DNA of 64,000 bases from contig NC_043016.1 in NCBI RefSeq assembly GCF_006345805.1, positions 682,001 through 746,000 of the forward strand. Direction: 5' to 3'. Under the pieces are notes generated by a model. The model had not been told where the DNA came from and ran no database searches. It saw only the letters and a program-made list of their open reading frames with translations. Origin of the DNA: Octopus sinensis. Its lineage: Eukaryota. Within the stretch, counting starts at the first letter, position 1. Each line of letters begins with the position of its first letter. Below are positions 39,679 to 51,203 of the stretch, in pieces. The position numbers and the translations under genes are program-made.

Positions 39679-40539
39679 ATTCTTGTATGTAGACATGCCA
39701 GTTTACTTTCATTCTTCACCTTAGCTGTAGTTCTTCCCTCAGGACTTGAACATCGATCGACCGACGTTGTATTGCCATCACCTTTTCAATCAAACTCTTT
39801 TTCTGAATCATTTACGTTATTCGAAGAGGATTAAGACGAAGGTTATGGGTACTCTGCTTCTTAAATATATTAATTGTTCTGTAGATACTAGTGCCGTTAT
39901 TCTGTTGAGGAATATTGTATTTCGTAATACAAGTTGAAATCTTCCTCTTTCGTTATTGTAATGTTGTGATTGTCAAACAAGATTTCATATTTTATATAAT
40001 TTTTATTCTCATTTACTGCACCTACAATTGAAGCATAACGCCACCATCACTAGTCATCACTCCAAATACGATTAATATTTACTAGATGTCTACATCGGTT
40101 GCACATAAGACAGTAGCAGCAGCAACAGTAGCAGCCGAACGCTCCATTGACAACAATAGAACTACCACCGACACCAACAATAACATCAACAATAGCACGA
40201 ACAACACCAATAACCATCATCACCAACAAGATCGACACACCACTTCCTACCACCAGTACTATCGGTTACCACATCAATATCATGGCTGTCATCTTCAACA
40301 AACAACCATCACCCCATAATCATCACCACCAGCTTCATAACTACCAGAACCGCCACCAACATCACCAACAACAACAACACTACCACCGCTACCAGCAACA
40401 TTATCGTCAACACTTCCACCGCCATTACAGACCCCACCATTACCCCTACCACATTCAGTACCAACGGCTACAACTATCATTTCTATCCTAACACCCCCAC
40501 TCCCATCGTCATCATCACCGTCACCAGCAACAATGAAAA

Positions 40540-40855
40540 AGGAGCACTCCGTCGGTTGCGACGACGAGGGTCCCACCTGATACGATCAAGGGAACAGCTT
40601 GCTCGTGAAATTAACGTGTAAGTGGCTGAGCACTCCACAGACACGTGTGCCCTTAACGTAGTTCTCGGGGAAATTCAGCGTGACACAGAATGTGACAGGG
40701 CTGGCCCTTTGAAATACAGGTGCTACTCATTTTTGCCAGCTGAGTGAACTGGAGCAACGTAAAATAAAGTGTCTTGCTCAAGGACACAACGCGCCGCCGG
40801 GAATTGAACTCACGACCTTACGATCATGGGGTGAATTCCCTAACCACTAAGCCAC
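40540..40855 (-). mobile_element. tRNA-derived SINE, family E (head/CORE shared with family C, different tail)
   Basis: GTGGCTTAGTGGTTAG A box, GAGTTCAATTCCC B box and TCCTTGAGCAAGACACTTTA block. Confidence 0.85.
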
Positions 40856-40988
40856 AATAATAATGTAACAAATAAGGTCCTTGTTCATTGTCCCACGACC
40901 CACAAGACATATCAACGACTACTCCGTGAAACCAAGGCCTGATATTTTAAATACTGAAATATAGGACACATCAAATATTTTGGTTCTT

Positions 40989-41037
<49 letters not shown>

Positions 41038-41340
41038 GTATAGTAAAGTCAGAGAAAATTGAGTCTAATGACATCATGTAGTATTTATATATGATAAATG
41101 TTCAAGTTGACTAACCACCTTAAACTTCAACTTGAACGGTGATTAAAACAAAGTGGTGTTGTACCTAGCAAAAAAATGAGTGGCTATAAGTGGTTTATCA
41201 TTGAGCAAAAACATATAGAGTAGAAAGGAAGAATAAACAGGCAAACAACTGGTATCAGTGTAGAGAATGGAATTTATAGACTTAAGCATAATAGGTGAGT
41301 GCTACAAGAGTTGTTAGAAAAAATACAAGAATGATATATA

Positions 41341-41395
<55 letters not shown>

Positions 41396-41537
41396 GTTGT
41401 GTGTGTTGTTGTGTGTGTGTGTGTGTGTGTGTGTGTACAGACATGCAGGAATTAAATAGACACCTTTAATTTTCAAAAATTCTGATCTAAGCGCCTTATT
41501 ATGCTTTCGGTGGTGTAGAATTACAATGTTATTATTC

Positions 41538-41637
41538 NNNNNNNNNNNNNNNNNNNNNNNNNNNNNNNNNNNNNNNNNNNNNNNNNNNNNNNNNNNNNNN
41601 NNNNNNNNNNNNNNNNNNNNNNNNNNNNNNNNNNNNN
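41538..41637. other. Assembly gap (100 N)
   Basis: Direct reading. Confidence 1.
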
Positions 41638-41704
41638 TATTAAGCATTCGGATTTGCACTTTTCGGACGACTATGGCTCTTGTGGGTGTATATGGTTTCA
41701 ATCA

Positions 41705-41746
<42 letters not shown>

Positions 41747-42057
41747 AATAAATGCCAAACGCTAGGAGGGACTCTTAAAGTCAAAACTACTAAAATAAAT
41801 AAACACATCGTACCGAAACTGGGGATGCAACTATCGAAGATAGCGATTTTAAAAACAAAATTCAGCTGCAGATCACGTGATTTCATAATTAGTGCAGAAA
41901 TACACTCTTTAATCGGCAGTCCACCATAATTCAAGATATATAATGAATGAAGAAAAATCACATTATATATATATATATAATATATATAACACACACGCAC
42001 ACACACACAGATATATATATAAGAACACATATATATAACACAACATGCATATATATA

Positions 42058-42089
<32 letters not shown>

Positions 42090-42091
<2 letters not shown>

Positions 42092-42730
42092 TGGCTGTTA
42101 AAGGGTAAGGACAGTGAAAACTCTAGAACATGGTAGTCACTATTCACCTACCCACTAACTTCGGCCTACTAGCCTTTTTCTATAATACATTCACATATAT
42201 CTAACCTGAATTCTTCGAAATGAGTTTATAATTTGACATTTGCACTACCCCTTCCTATATCTATAAATAGAAAAACAATCTTGTTCGTCTCCATTCAACC
42301 AGGAATAAAAAAAAACCTCCCCACTGATAGATCTACATAACAAAGTGTACTCAATGATAAAATCTACAAACGGAGAATGAACTAACTACTATCATGTTCT
42401 TCAGAATGAAATTAACCTCTCTGTTTATATATCTACCCTCTTTATAATGTTGGCAAATGAAATAGGGATAAGAATGTGCATTGTCCGTGTAATTGGAATA
42501 TTCTATATGTAGCTGAAGATTGCTCGACATTTTAAAACTGATGTACTACTTACAGTGTTTAATAAAATGAAGTAGCATGAAAGAATTGTACTAATCTACC
42601 TTGGATATCCTTGTTGCTTATTTTGATTATAATCACACCATTTGATTTATATGGATAATACCATACAAAATTCGGGTGTCTTTACCTTAAGTACCATATT
42701 CATCTTGAAACTAAATTTTGCTGAACTTAT
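42090..42730 (+). mobile_element. PLE 3' terminal fragment between two (TA)n runs
   Basis: Contains the HHR at 42510-42593; coding similarity upstream is not clearly readable. Confidence 0.5.
42510..42593 (+). ncRNA. Hammerhead ribozyme motif, long stem II
   Basis: UAG-CUGAAGA-UUGCU...AGCAU-GAAA-GAAUUG-UA-CUA; inner helices CAUU/AAUG, UUAAA/UUUAA and UGUA/UACA; stem III is one change from the CAAUUG palindrome. Confidence 0.6.
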
Positions 42731-42733
42731 ATA

Positions 42734-42824
<91 letters not shown>

Positions 42825-42849
42825 CTGTGTGTGTCTCTGTGTATCTCAA

Positions 42850-43844
42850 TACCACAAGTGCCGATACGACCATGCCACTGCCTCAACGACATCTGCAGCA
42901 ATCTTCTGTTATCTCCCCTTACCCACACTTATTTTCCTTTCCTCCTCCTCGTCGCTCTTCTTCATCCTCTCCTCTCCTTCTACCTCCACTTCTTTTTCCT
43001 TCTTCTCCTCTCTTTTTCGCCAAACTTCACCTTTTACCCTTACTCTCTCGGATGTCCACGATCTACTTATCATGGTAGTAGGGAACCACTCCTTTCAATT
43101 GAACGATTTAATTAGGCCAACCGATTGGATCCAAACTCTCAGGCCTGCTCGCCAAATCGTACGTGGAGCAACTTCTCAAGGTGCGTCGACGATATCCTGA
43201 TGCTCGCCTCCTCCCAGGATGAAGCCAACAACATACATGAAAAATTCAACAATGTCGATAGTTACGCAAAATTCGGAATCGAAACCCAGATGAGGTCGGA
43301 ACCTCCTGTCTAACAGATTTCAGGTCTCTAACGATAAAGGTACAAAATTGCGTCATGCCTTCTAGTCAATAAAGGATTAGGGACCTTCCGTATCTATTTT
43401 CCGTTCGTCTATTTTAAATTTAAATTTAAATTAATACGTTCTCTAACAGGCAAAAGCCACTGCAGTAAATTATTTTCTGCAGTATTAGTTTCTGGTAATT
43501 TAACGCACAAAAACGAGGACATTTGAAAAATAATCATAAGTGTAATAGGTAGAACTAGATACAGATCCAGCATCGTGCGGACGTCCTCGTGTATAGTTCT
43601 GCAAATTATATTTGTATTGACGGTCACACTGAAGATCTACGGACAAATTGCGTTAGTAAAATTACGTAATCTGTTAATAGTGAAACATGTATGTGAAGAA
43701 TCTATATTTTTGTTACTTTTCATTTGTCTTGCTCACTTATGTTCTGGTGTTTGCTAAATTTTTGTTGAGAACATTTCTTAGAGGTAAGACCATAGCGGAT
43801 CAACTTCTAGCATAAGGGTTGTCCACATAGTGGTCATGCTTCTC

Positions 43845-43845
<1 letters not shown>
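42850..43845 (+). mobile_element. PLE remnant: RT core fragment + HHR-bearing 3' end
   Basis: LSDVHDLLIMVVGNHSFQLND, GQPIGSKLSGLLAKSYVE (G.xMGSxLS motif) and RCVDDILML; ends at (TA)n 43845. Confidence 0.8.
43625..43695 (+). ncRNA. Hammerhead ribozyme motif
   Basis: CACA-CUGAAGA-UCUA..AUUGCGU/ACGUAAU..UAGU-GAAA-CAUG-UA-UGUG: 4-bp stem I and palindromic stem III. Confidence 0.78.
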
Positions 43846-43884
<39 letters not shown>

Positions 43885-43887
<3 letters not shown>

Positions 43888-44436
43888 GGTGGACCAAATG
43901 ATCTGACACATTTGAAGGCACAAAACAAGAAATAATCAAAAGAAAAGTTTTATTTTCTGAATGTACATATAATGCCATTTTATTTCATTAAGATTTAAAA
44001 ATTAAATCAGCTAAATGCTTCCCATCACTGTCAACACACTTTTGGAATCGTTCTATTTGATTTCTTTGCGCGGTGATCTTGGTTGGCCCGCAAGATTTCC
44101 TGATTTGAACCCATGTGATTTCTTCTTGTGGGGATATTTAAAATCAAAAGTATTCAGTCATCGCACTCGATCTATTGATGAATTAAAACGTGCAATTGTG
44201 TAGAAATAGCAATCATTCCAGAAGAAATGATCCATAGAGTTATCGATAACGTTCATGAACGTCTCCAACAGTGTGTTGACAATGATGGGAAGCATTTAGC
44301 TGATTTAATTTTAAAAACTTAATGAAATAAAATGGCATTATATGGACATTCAGAAAATAAAATTTTTCTTTTCATTATTTCTTATTTTGTGCTTTTATTA
44401 AGCCTCCAAATGTGTCATATCATTTTGGTCCACCCG
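43885..44436 (+). mobile_element. Tc1/mariner-derived non-autonomous element with ~170-bp inverted arms
   Basis: WPARFPDLNPCDFFLWGYLKSKVF (WPxxSPDL-like catalytic region); 43885-44053 is the reverse complement of 44257-44436; flanked by (TA)n. Confidence 0.92.
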
Positions 44437-44474
44437 TATATACATATATATATATACATAATATACATATACAT

Positions 44475-44546
<72 letters not shown>

Positions 44547-44574
44547 ATATATATGTATTGTATATATATATATG

Positions 44575-44608
<34 letters not shown>

Positions 44609-44864
44609 TGTGTGTATAAGGAGAGAGAGACATTTAAGTCTATACTTACCGCATGAAATATTTCATTCATTGATCCTCTGGATTTCACCTGCATACAATT
44701 CTACATTGTACTACTCTTTATGGAGTATTACGTGGTATAACATCTAGATCCACTAGAGGATCTTTTACGTGATATTGCCATAGGACCCCATTCTATTACA
44801 AAGTTTCTCTCGCTTATGTGAGTGTGTGTGTTTGTGTGTCTGTGTCTGTGTTTTGCAAATAAAT

Positions 44865-45135
44865 GAATTTTACTAAAAATGTACTCTATTTACATTATTT
44901 ACATTTGACGGATATTGGTCATCTTGTTTCGGCTGATATATACCTTCCAGCCTTCATCAGTTGTCTTGGGAACTTTCGAACCTGCGTTCTCATTCTTAAG
45001 ATATTTTTCGATGTTATTATTATTATTATTATTAATAGTAGTAGTAGTAGTAGTAGTATTCAGGTTACTGCCTGAATTCGAACTCGGAATCTTAGGATTA
45101 GCAGCCTGCACTCTTAACCACTACGCCATATACCC
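44865..45135 (-). mobile_element. tRNA-headed SINE-like element with an HHR-bearing tail
   Basis: Head 45135-45061 with A box TGGCGTAGTGG and B box GAGTTCGAATT; (ACT/AAT)n spacer; tail with ACAA-CUGAUGA-A-GGCUG..CAGCC-GAAA at 44964-44927, with no recognisable stem III or cleavage triplet after it. Confidence 0.65.
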
Positions 45136-45983
45136 GTTAGACGAGCCAATCTAACAGGGTCTGAACATGTATTCATTTTAAATAGCTACCTACTGCTAAA
45201 CTAACTGGAGATTGAACTTAAATATTCTTTCTCCGCAGAAGATTTATCAGAGCTAGAGACAGATGAAATCAATGGCAGTTAATCTAAGTACGGAGATTTA
45301 AAATATCCAACAAAATTTTGCAGTACCAAAGCGTTTTGTACTTTTCGCAACTACACCAGATGAATAATAAATGAATATATTTAAAATTATTCAAAATAAG
45401 CACTGCACACACGCAATCACGCACCTGTAAAAATATATTGAGTGAGACTCGCCTCATTCAGTAGCTGTGGTCCACAAATATCGAACCCGTTTCTGTATCA
45501 TGTTGATGTAGATAGTTATCGAAACTGGATTTGGATATGTCAGGAAAGACCGTGATCATCCTAGTCGTATAACGTGTGTTGATCTAAGCTGACCGGCCAG
45601 AGTGAGGTGCATCTTGAACCAAAAAAGACTTCTGGAACATACATTCCCGAACAGAAATCATTCCGTAAACTGCATATCTTCCTGTAGGTTTCTATCGATT
45701 CCTTTCAATTTTAAAATTGAAAAAATTACACGAGGTATCAAAACTGTTCGTTTTGGTTCTTCATTTTCAGAGTAGTCCCAGGTACACAAAATACAACCTG
45801 CCTCGTCGCAAGTTCACGTCTAACTTCGTTCAAGTGTTAAGCACCCCAATAGAACGCATGTGCAAAGGGCAAACTGAATTTTGTTATCAAAGTGCTTAAA
45901 ATTTAGCTTCGATAAAAACAGAACGATTTTTAAACAACACGATATATGTATATGTACAAAATCGGTGTGTGTGTGTGCGTGTG

Positions 45984-46016
<33 letters not shown>

Positions 46017-46828
46017 TGTGTGTGTGTGTGTCTGTGTGTGTGTGTGTGTGTGTGTGCTGCGTGTGTGTGTGAGTGTATATATACCAATACAGGGAATTCA
46101 TTCTAATAGTTGTTTTTCTTTGCCAGAATTTTACTCTACGTCGTGGATTTAAAATCGATTTTTTTATCTGCCAGAATAGGAAGAATGTGATAGCAAGCGA
46201 AAGTTGACAAAGTTTCAACCAAAAACTGGTATGAAATCCATTTTTTGGTAATTTCTTGCCTTTGTATTAGTAATATTGAATTAATACTGACATTTATGAT
46301 AAAGTTGATGACGTCATCGTTGCAAATTTTGGTTTTATTGCATACCGAAAATGGAACAAAGAATATTCGTTGAATTGTTTTTTATTTTCGATACATTTCG
46401 CAATAAAAAAGATAAACCTTCAACAATCAGTCATTGTAAAGTCGAAGCTTAATGCTCCGCGGGTCTTTATTGCTAAATTCGTTTTCACAACTGTCATATT
46501 TTTATTAGGCAAGTTAACGTCGATGTTATGGACAAGAATCTTATAATTATTTTAAAGAAATAGAATTTTCTGGATGTTGGAAATTTTCTCTGTTTTATCA
46601 ATTGTTCCATGTTTTACTCGTATTTTTTATACTTCTTCGGGTTTTTATTAATTACAAAAAAAAAAAATCAGTTTCTGTGAGCTATTTGGAACAATGGACT
46701 AGTTCTCTTCCCCATGTTTGATGCATTGCTGGTAGTTATTTTAATTGTCTGTCGGAATTTTGTAATATAATATTGCAAAAATTGCTTTATTTCTGACAAA
46801 AGAGCAATTGAAATTTACATTCCTCTCG

Positions 46829-46829
<1 letters not shown>

Positions 46830-46861
<32 letters not shown>

Positions 46862-46896
46862 TAATAATAATAATAATAATAATAACCACAACATCA

Positions 46897-46950
<54 letters not shown>

Positions 46951-46973
46951 TATAATAAATAACCACAACATCA

Positions 46974-47004
<31 letters not shown>

Positions 47005-47160
47005 AATAATAATAATTATTATTATTATTATCATTATTATTATCATTATTATCATTATTATTATACCAGTAACATCATCATCATCGTCGACGTCGTCGTC
47101 GTCATCGTCGTCATTGTTGTTCTTTTATTATTTTTGTGTTGTTGTTGTTGTTGTTGTTGT
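46830..47160. repeat. (AAT)n/(ATT)n/(TCA)n/(GTT)n compound microsatellite with duplicated 18-bp interruption
   Basis: AACCACAACATCAACATT at about 46883 and 46961. Confidence 0.9.
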
Positions 47161-47162
47161 TA

Positions 47163-47300
47163 TAGGTGTATCGGCAAAATCGTTAGCACCTCGGACAAAA
47201 CGGTAAACGGCGTTTCTTCCTGCTCTTTACGTGCTTTGCCTTTCATCCTTTCATCTTTTTCAGGCTGATGTAATCGACTTGGCCCCCTCTTACAAAAGTT
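47163..47300 (+). mobile_element. Decayed family A SINE
   Basis: GGCAAAATCGTTAGCAC head and GCCTTTCATCCTTTC core. Confidence 0.6.
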
Positions 47301-47681
47301 AGTAACCTAATGTCAAAACCTGATATAATAGTTGCTATTGGTGTTACTGTTGTTGTTGTTGTTGTTTTCGTCGTCACCACCACCAACACCATCGTCATCA
47401 TCATCTCATAATTATTTAAGTGAATTGCAATGGCTTCCTCATTTTGGTTCCTTTGAATCTTTTCATTACGATTATTAGTTTTGTAGTTGGTAGTAGGTCT
47501 TTTACAAATATCGTTTTCTAAACTGAAAAAGGCCTCACGGAAACTGATAGTATTATTTATTGATTCCAAACATGACTCTCATTCAAAGTGTTTGTTTATT
47601 TTCTGGGTACATGTAACAGAGTTCGCTCTGTATAAAATCCTGTTGTTGGACACCCGGCTTAATCGGTTCCAGGGTTTCCAA

Positions 47682-47835
47682 AGGAGCTGTGTGCTAAGAT
47701 GATTGTTTCCCAACAATATGGTTCCGGGTTCAGTCTGACTGCGTGGCACCTACTATAGCCTCTGACTAACCAAAGCCTTGTGAGTGGATTTGGTAGACGG
47801 AAACTGAACGAAGCCCGTCGTATATATATACACAT
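47682..47835 (+). mobile_element. Family B SINE 5' half
   Basis: GGTTCCGGGTTCAGTC..GCCTTGTGAGTGGATTTGGTAGACGGAAACTGA. Confidence 0.8.
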
Positions 47836-47854
47836 ACATACATACATATATATA

Positions 47855-47901
<47 letters not shown>

Positions 47902-47929
47902 ATATATATATATATATGTATATATATTA

Positions 47930-48360
47930 TATAAAATCCGTTCTGCGTGTGTGTCTTTTAAGATCTCGGGCATCCTCCATCCGATTGCGCTCAAATTTGA
48001 TATGTAGACAGCGACGGTATCAGGGCGTTAATAAGTCTTGAAAAATTGCAAAAATCGATTCCAGGTGAGAATGCGATTGATAAAGCCGTGGGAATATGCA
48101 TTTATACGCGCAAGTACATCAGCTGTTGCGATCGATTCTACGCGTACGCGAGAAAAGTGCTTGAAATAATGCCGCAAAATGCAGTATATTTAAGAAACCA
48201 AAAAAGTAAGATGCAAACGAGATATTTTCTTCAAACTTGGCATGAATGACGGAAGGACTATTTGGTTTCTAAAGAAGTTTTTATTTTGCCTTAACTTCGT
48301 TTTTTACAAAACCAAAAATTTTATTGAAATAAAGGCGTGCTTATTTATTTTTTAACGAAA
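47930..48360 (+). mobile_element. Possible non-autonomous Helitron/Helentron (DINE-1-like) fragment
   Basis: TA-run start, TGTGTGTCT tract and CCGATTGCGCTCAAATTTG motif; resemblance only, no 3' hairpin/CTAG end seen. Confidence 0.3.
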
Positions 48361-48460
48361 CGAAAACACTGATTGCTTTTTATTCAGCAGATATGATTCA
48401 GCGCCGTCCATTGGACAGGGGTCCTTTTGATCGTGTATATATATATATATATACATACAT

Positions 48461-48494
<34 letters not shown>

Positions 48495-48513
48495 ATATAT
48501 ATATAATATATAT

Positions 48514-48897
48514 ATAGGAAAATTGAACAAGGAGACGGACTCTCTGGATGTTGTTAACCATTTATATCCTGAATTCTTCTACATATGTTTCGACGGATGC
48601 ACTCCAAAATATCTGGCAGGGCATGGTCATCAATGCATCAACCTCATCAGGAAAGATATAAATAACAAACTCATCAAACAAACATGTTAACAGAAATAGA
48701 TGTTGTCCTATAAAATGTAACCTACGACTTTCTATTTCTATTAACAGGTCTGTTTGATGAGTTTGTTATTTATATCCATCCTGATGAGATTGATGCATTG
48801 CTGACCATCGATTTTCCTGTCGGACATTTTGGAATGCAGCAGAAATAAATGGTTTAACAACATCCCGAATGTTTGTCGCCTTGTTCAATTTTCCTAT
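48514..48897. mobile_element. Fold-back element of two inverted HHR-bearing PLE-type termini
   Basis: ATAGGAAAATTGAACAAGG... versus ...CCTTGTTCAATTTTCCTAT; arms about 48514-48700 and 48730-48897. Confidence 0.85.
48576..48654 (-). ncRNA. Hammerhead ribozyme (left arm); degenerate mirror at 48781-48845 (+)
   Basis: UUUC-CUGAUGA-GGUUGAUGCA...UGCAUCCGUC-GAAA-CAUAUG-UA-GAAG: stem II pairs 9 of 10 and stem III is palindromic. The right arm lacks the GUCGAAACAUAUGUA segment. Confidence 0.82.
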
Positions 48898-50929
48898 TTT
48901 CAATTAAATACGACTTACTAATCCGGATTTAAATCCTGGGACTCTTAAGTAACATTTAGCTACATTGTAATTATTACCCTGGATTTTCCTTTAAATTGTA
49001 AATTCTATGTGTGTGTATGTGTGTGTGTGCATCTCTGTGTATGTCTCTGCGTGCGTGTCTGTGTCTGTGTTCTTGTCTTTGCGGTCGTCCACCCCACCCC
49101 CCAATTCAACAAGTACCAGGCCTAAAAGAAGAAGAAGAGTAAAGGAATCGAGTCGTTCAGCTAAAGGTGGCGCCTCAGCATGGTCGCAGTCTAATGACTG
49201 AGACCAGGAAAAGAAAAAAGATCCTGAATGTGATCCTCATTAGTTTTACCTGTTTGGAATTGGGTAATGAATCTTATAAGTTACGCAGTGTCAGTTCCAC
49301 CGATTTTTCTTTTCTCCCGTTTGTTGGAAATGTTTCTTTCTGTGAAAATCAGAGGTTTGTTGTTGAATTGAACTGGACGCAGAGTCGGTACGATTAGAAA
49401 CAATGACACTCAGGATCACAGATTATCGCTCGTCCAACCGTTTTGTTGTCATACTTCAGCTTCATCTCAGCTGGATTGATATACAAGAAGAACAACAACA
49501 CCAATAACAGCAGCAGCAACAACAGACGTTCAAGAATTTGGGCCCGGAGACCTCCATTTCCAGCGACTTCGAGGGCCGCCTCCCAGTGGTGTCGGGCATC
49601 ACCGAAGAGCCCTCGACTACAACAAGATGACTACAGTTTTTTTTTGATTTCCAAGGTCTGGGGTCTCCTGCTCCTAAGACATAGACCATCACCTAATCAC
49701 CCTTACCCGTCTTGTTGCTTAACAACAACAACAGCAACAGCAGCAACAACTGTAACAATAGAATCATCAACAACAGCAACAACAACATCTGCAACGAAAA
49801 AAATACAGCTGGAACAATATCAACATCATCTGCAACAATAACAGCAACAACAACGAAAAGAATAACTAGCAGTAGCAACAACATCAATTACAGCAGCAAC
49901 AGCAAAAAACAGCGAAAATTGATAAGCTAATGAAAGTATATTCTACGTAGTTACTCAATATGCTTAAAGTAGCAGCCAAATCTCTCTGAAATCACACTCT
50001 TCACTTTTTTTCCCCTTTCTTCTAAAAAAAGTAAATATTTAATGACTCATTTACTAGTACATAGTTATATATATACTATGTGGAAACAGATGCAGTAATG
50101 ACGGCTAAAACTTCCTTGATCCTGTGTTTAACTCAGGGTTAAACTGGAGCTAAGCAACATCATATTTAGTGGAAGACACAAACACCCACTTTAACACCAC
50201 GACCTAATAACCTGGGTACTTTTTGCGAAGTCCACTCTGCTGCACTTACTCAGGACAGGTTTCTGGTTTAAGGATAGTTCCATTTTAGCCAGTCTCTGAG
50301 ACTTGAAAATGGTAGGCACAGTCTTCTTTCTTGACTAAAACATTAATAAGAAGGAAAAAAAACTAAATGAACGAACGGCGACGACAACGATCACAATTAT
50401 ATTCGTTTGGTGAATAACAAATACTGATGGAACTGGACATGGTACAAAGTAAAATCAGATTACAGTTTCTTTCGCTATCTCGAAGTGGAATAAATAATGT
50501 ATGGAAGTGAAGATATACTAATAGAATTGTGGTAATATAATTGTTGTACAGCTTTGACTTGTTGAGTGAGGTTTATTCTGTATCGTTATATTCTTCCTTT
50601 TTTTCCCTCAGAATAACTGCTCAATATGGCGGTCTTATGTCAACACCATTTATTTTTCATTTTTCATTATTGTTACCAACAAGTCATTGATAATTTTTGA
50701 AGTGTTTCATCTTTCATTACGAGTTTCTATTAGCATGTCTTTTAGTGTCGTTTTATTACATTAACGTATTACTTCTTAGAAAAATGATCGGTAGAAAGGA
50801 AGGCAAGATACGCAATTCCATGAATAGGTGTTGATTAAATACATCCATCAATGGGTGAGATCATATGAATATATATATATATAATTAGTATATTATATAT
50901 ATCTATGTACATATACATTCAAAATGTGA

Positions 50930-51129
50930 CCGCGTGTGTACCGTTGACGATTTTTCCCCCCGTCTTCCCTTCTTTGGATCTTTCCTTTTCCTGTTTCTAA
51001 CGAAGAGCTCCGCTCGAAACGTTAAACCCTCCTTCTTTCCCTCTTTCCTGAAGCGTCCAATAATACTATATTTGTTCCACGTCCTCGCGTTGTGTGTTTT
51101 CTCTTTGTGTTTTCGTGTTGGATTAACTT
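50930..51129 (+). mobile_element. PLE-type 3' terminus abutting (TA)n
   Basis: Contains the HHR at 50993-51027; (TA)n from 51130. Left boundary approximate. Confidence 0.6.
50993..51027 (+). ncRNA. Minimal hammerhead motif with core mutation
   Basis: GUUU-CUAACGA-A-GAGC UCC GCUC-GAAA-CG-UU-AAAC; the G5A change (CUAACGA instead of CUGACGA) is predicted to inactivate it. Confidence 0.7.

Positions 51130-51203
<74 letters not shown>

Noticed and set aside
45061-45135. Functional tRNA gene (also the heads at 31166, 33751, 40855, 57944 and 58752)
   Set aside because: A and B boxes are present but acceptor and anticodon stems do not close; each continues into a repeat body.
49470-49700. GC-richer segment possibly from a Tx1 ORF1
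   Set aside because: No convincing motif alignment to the Tx1 copies in this window.
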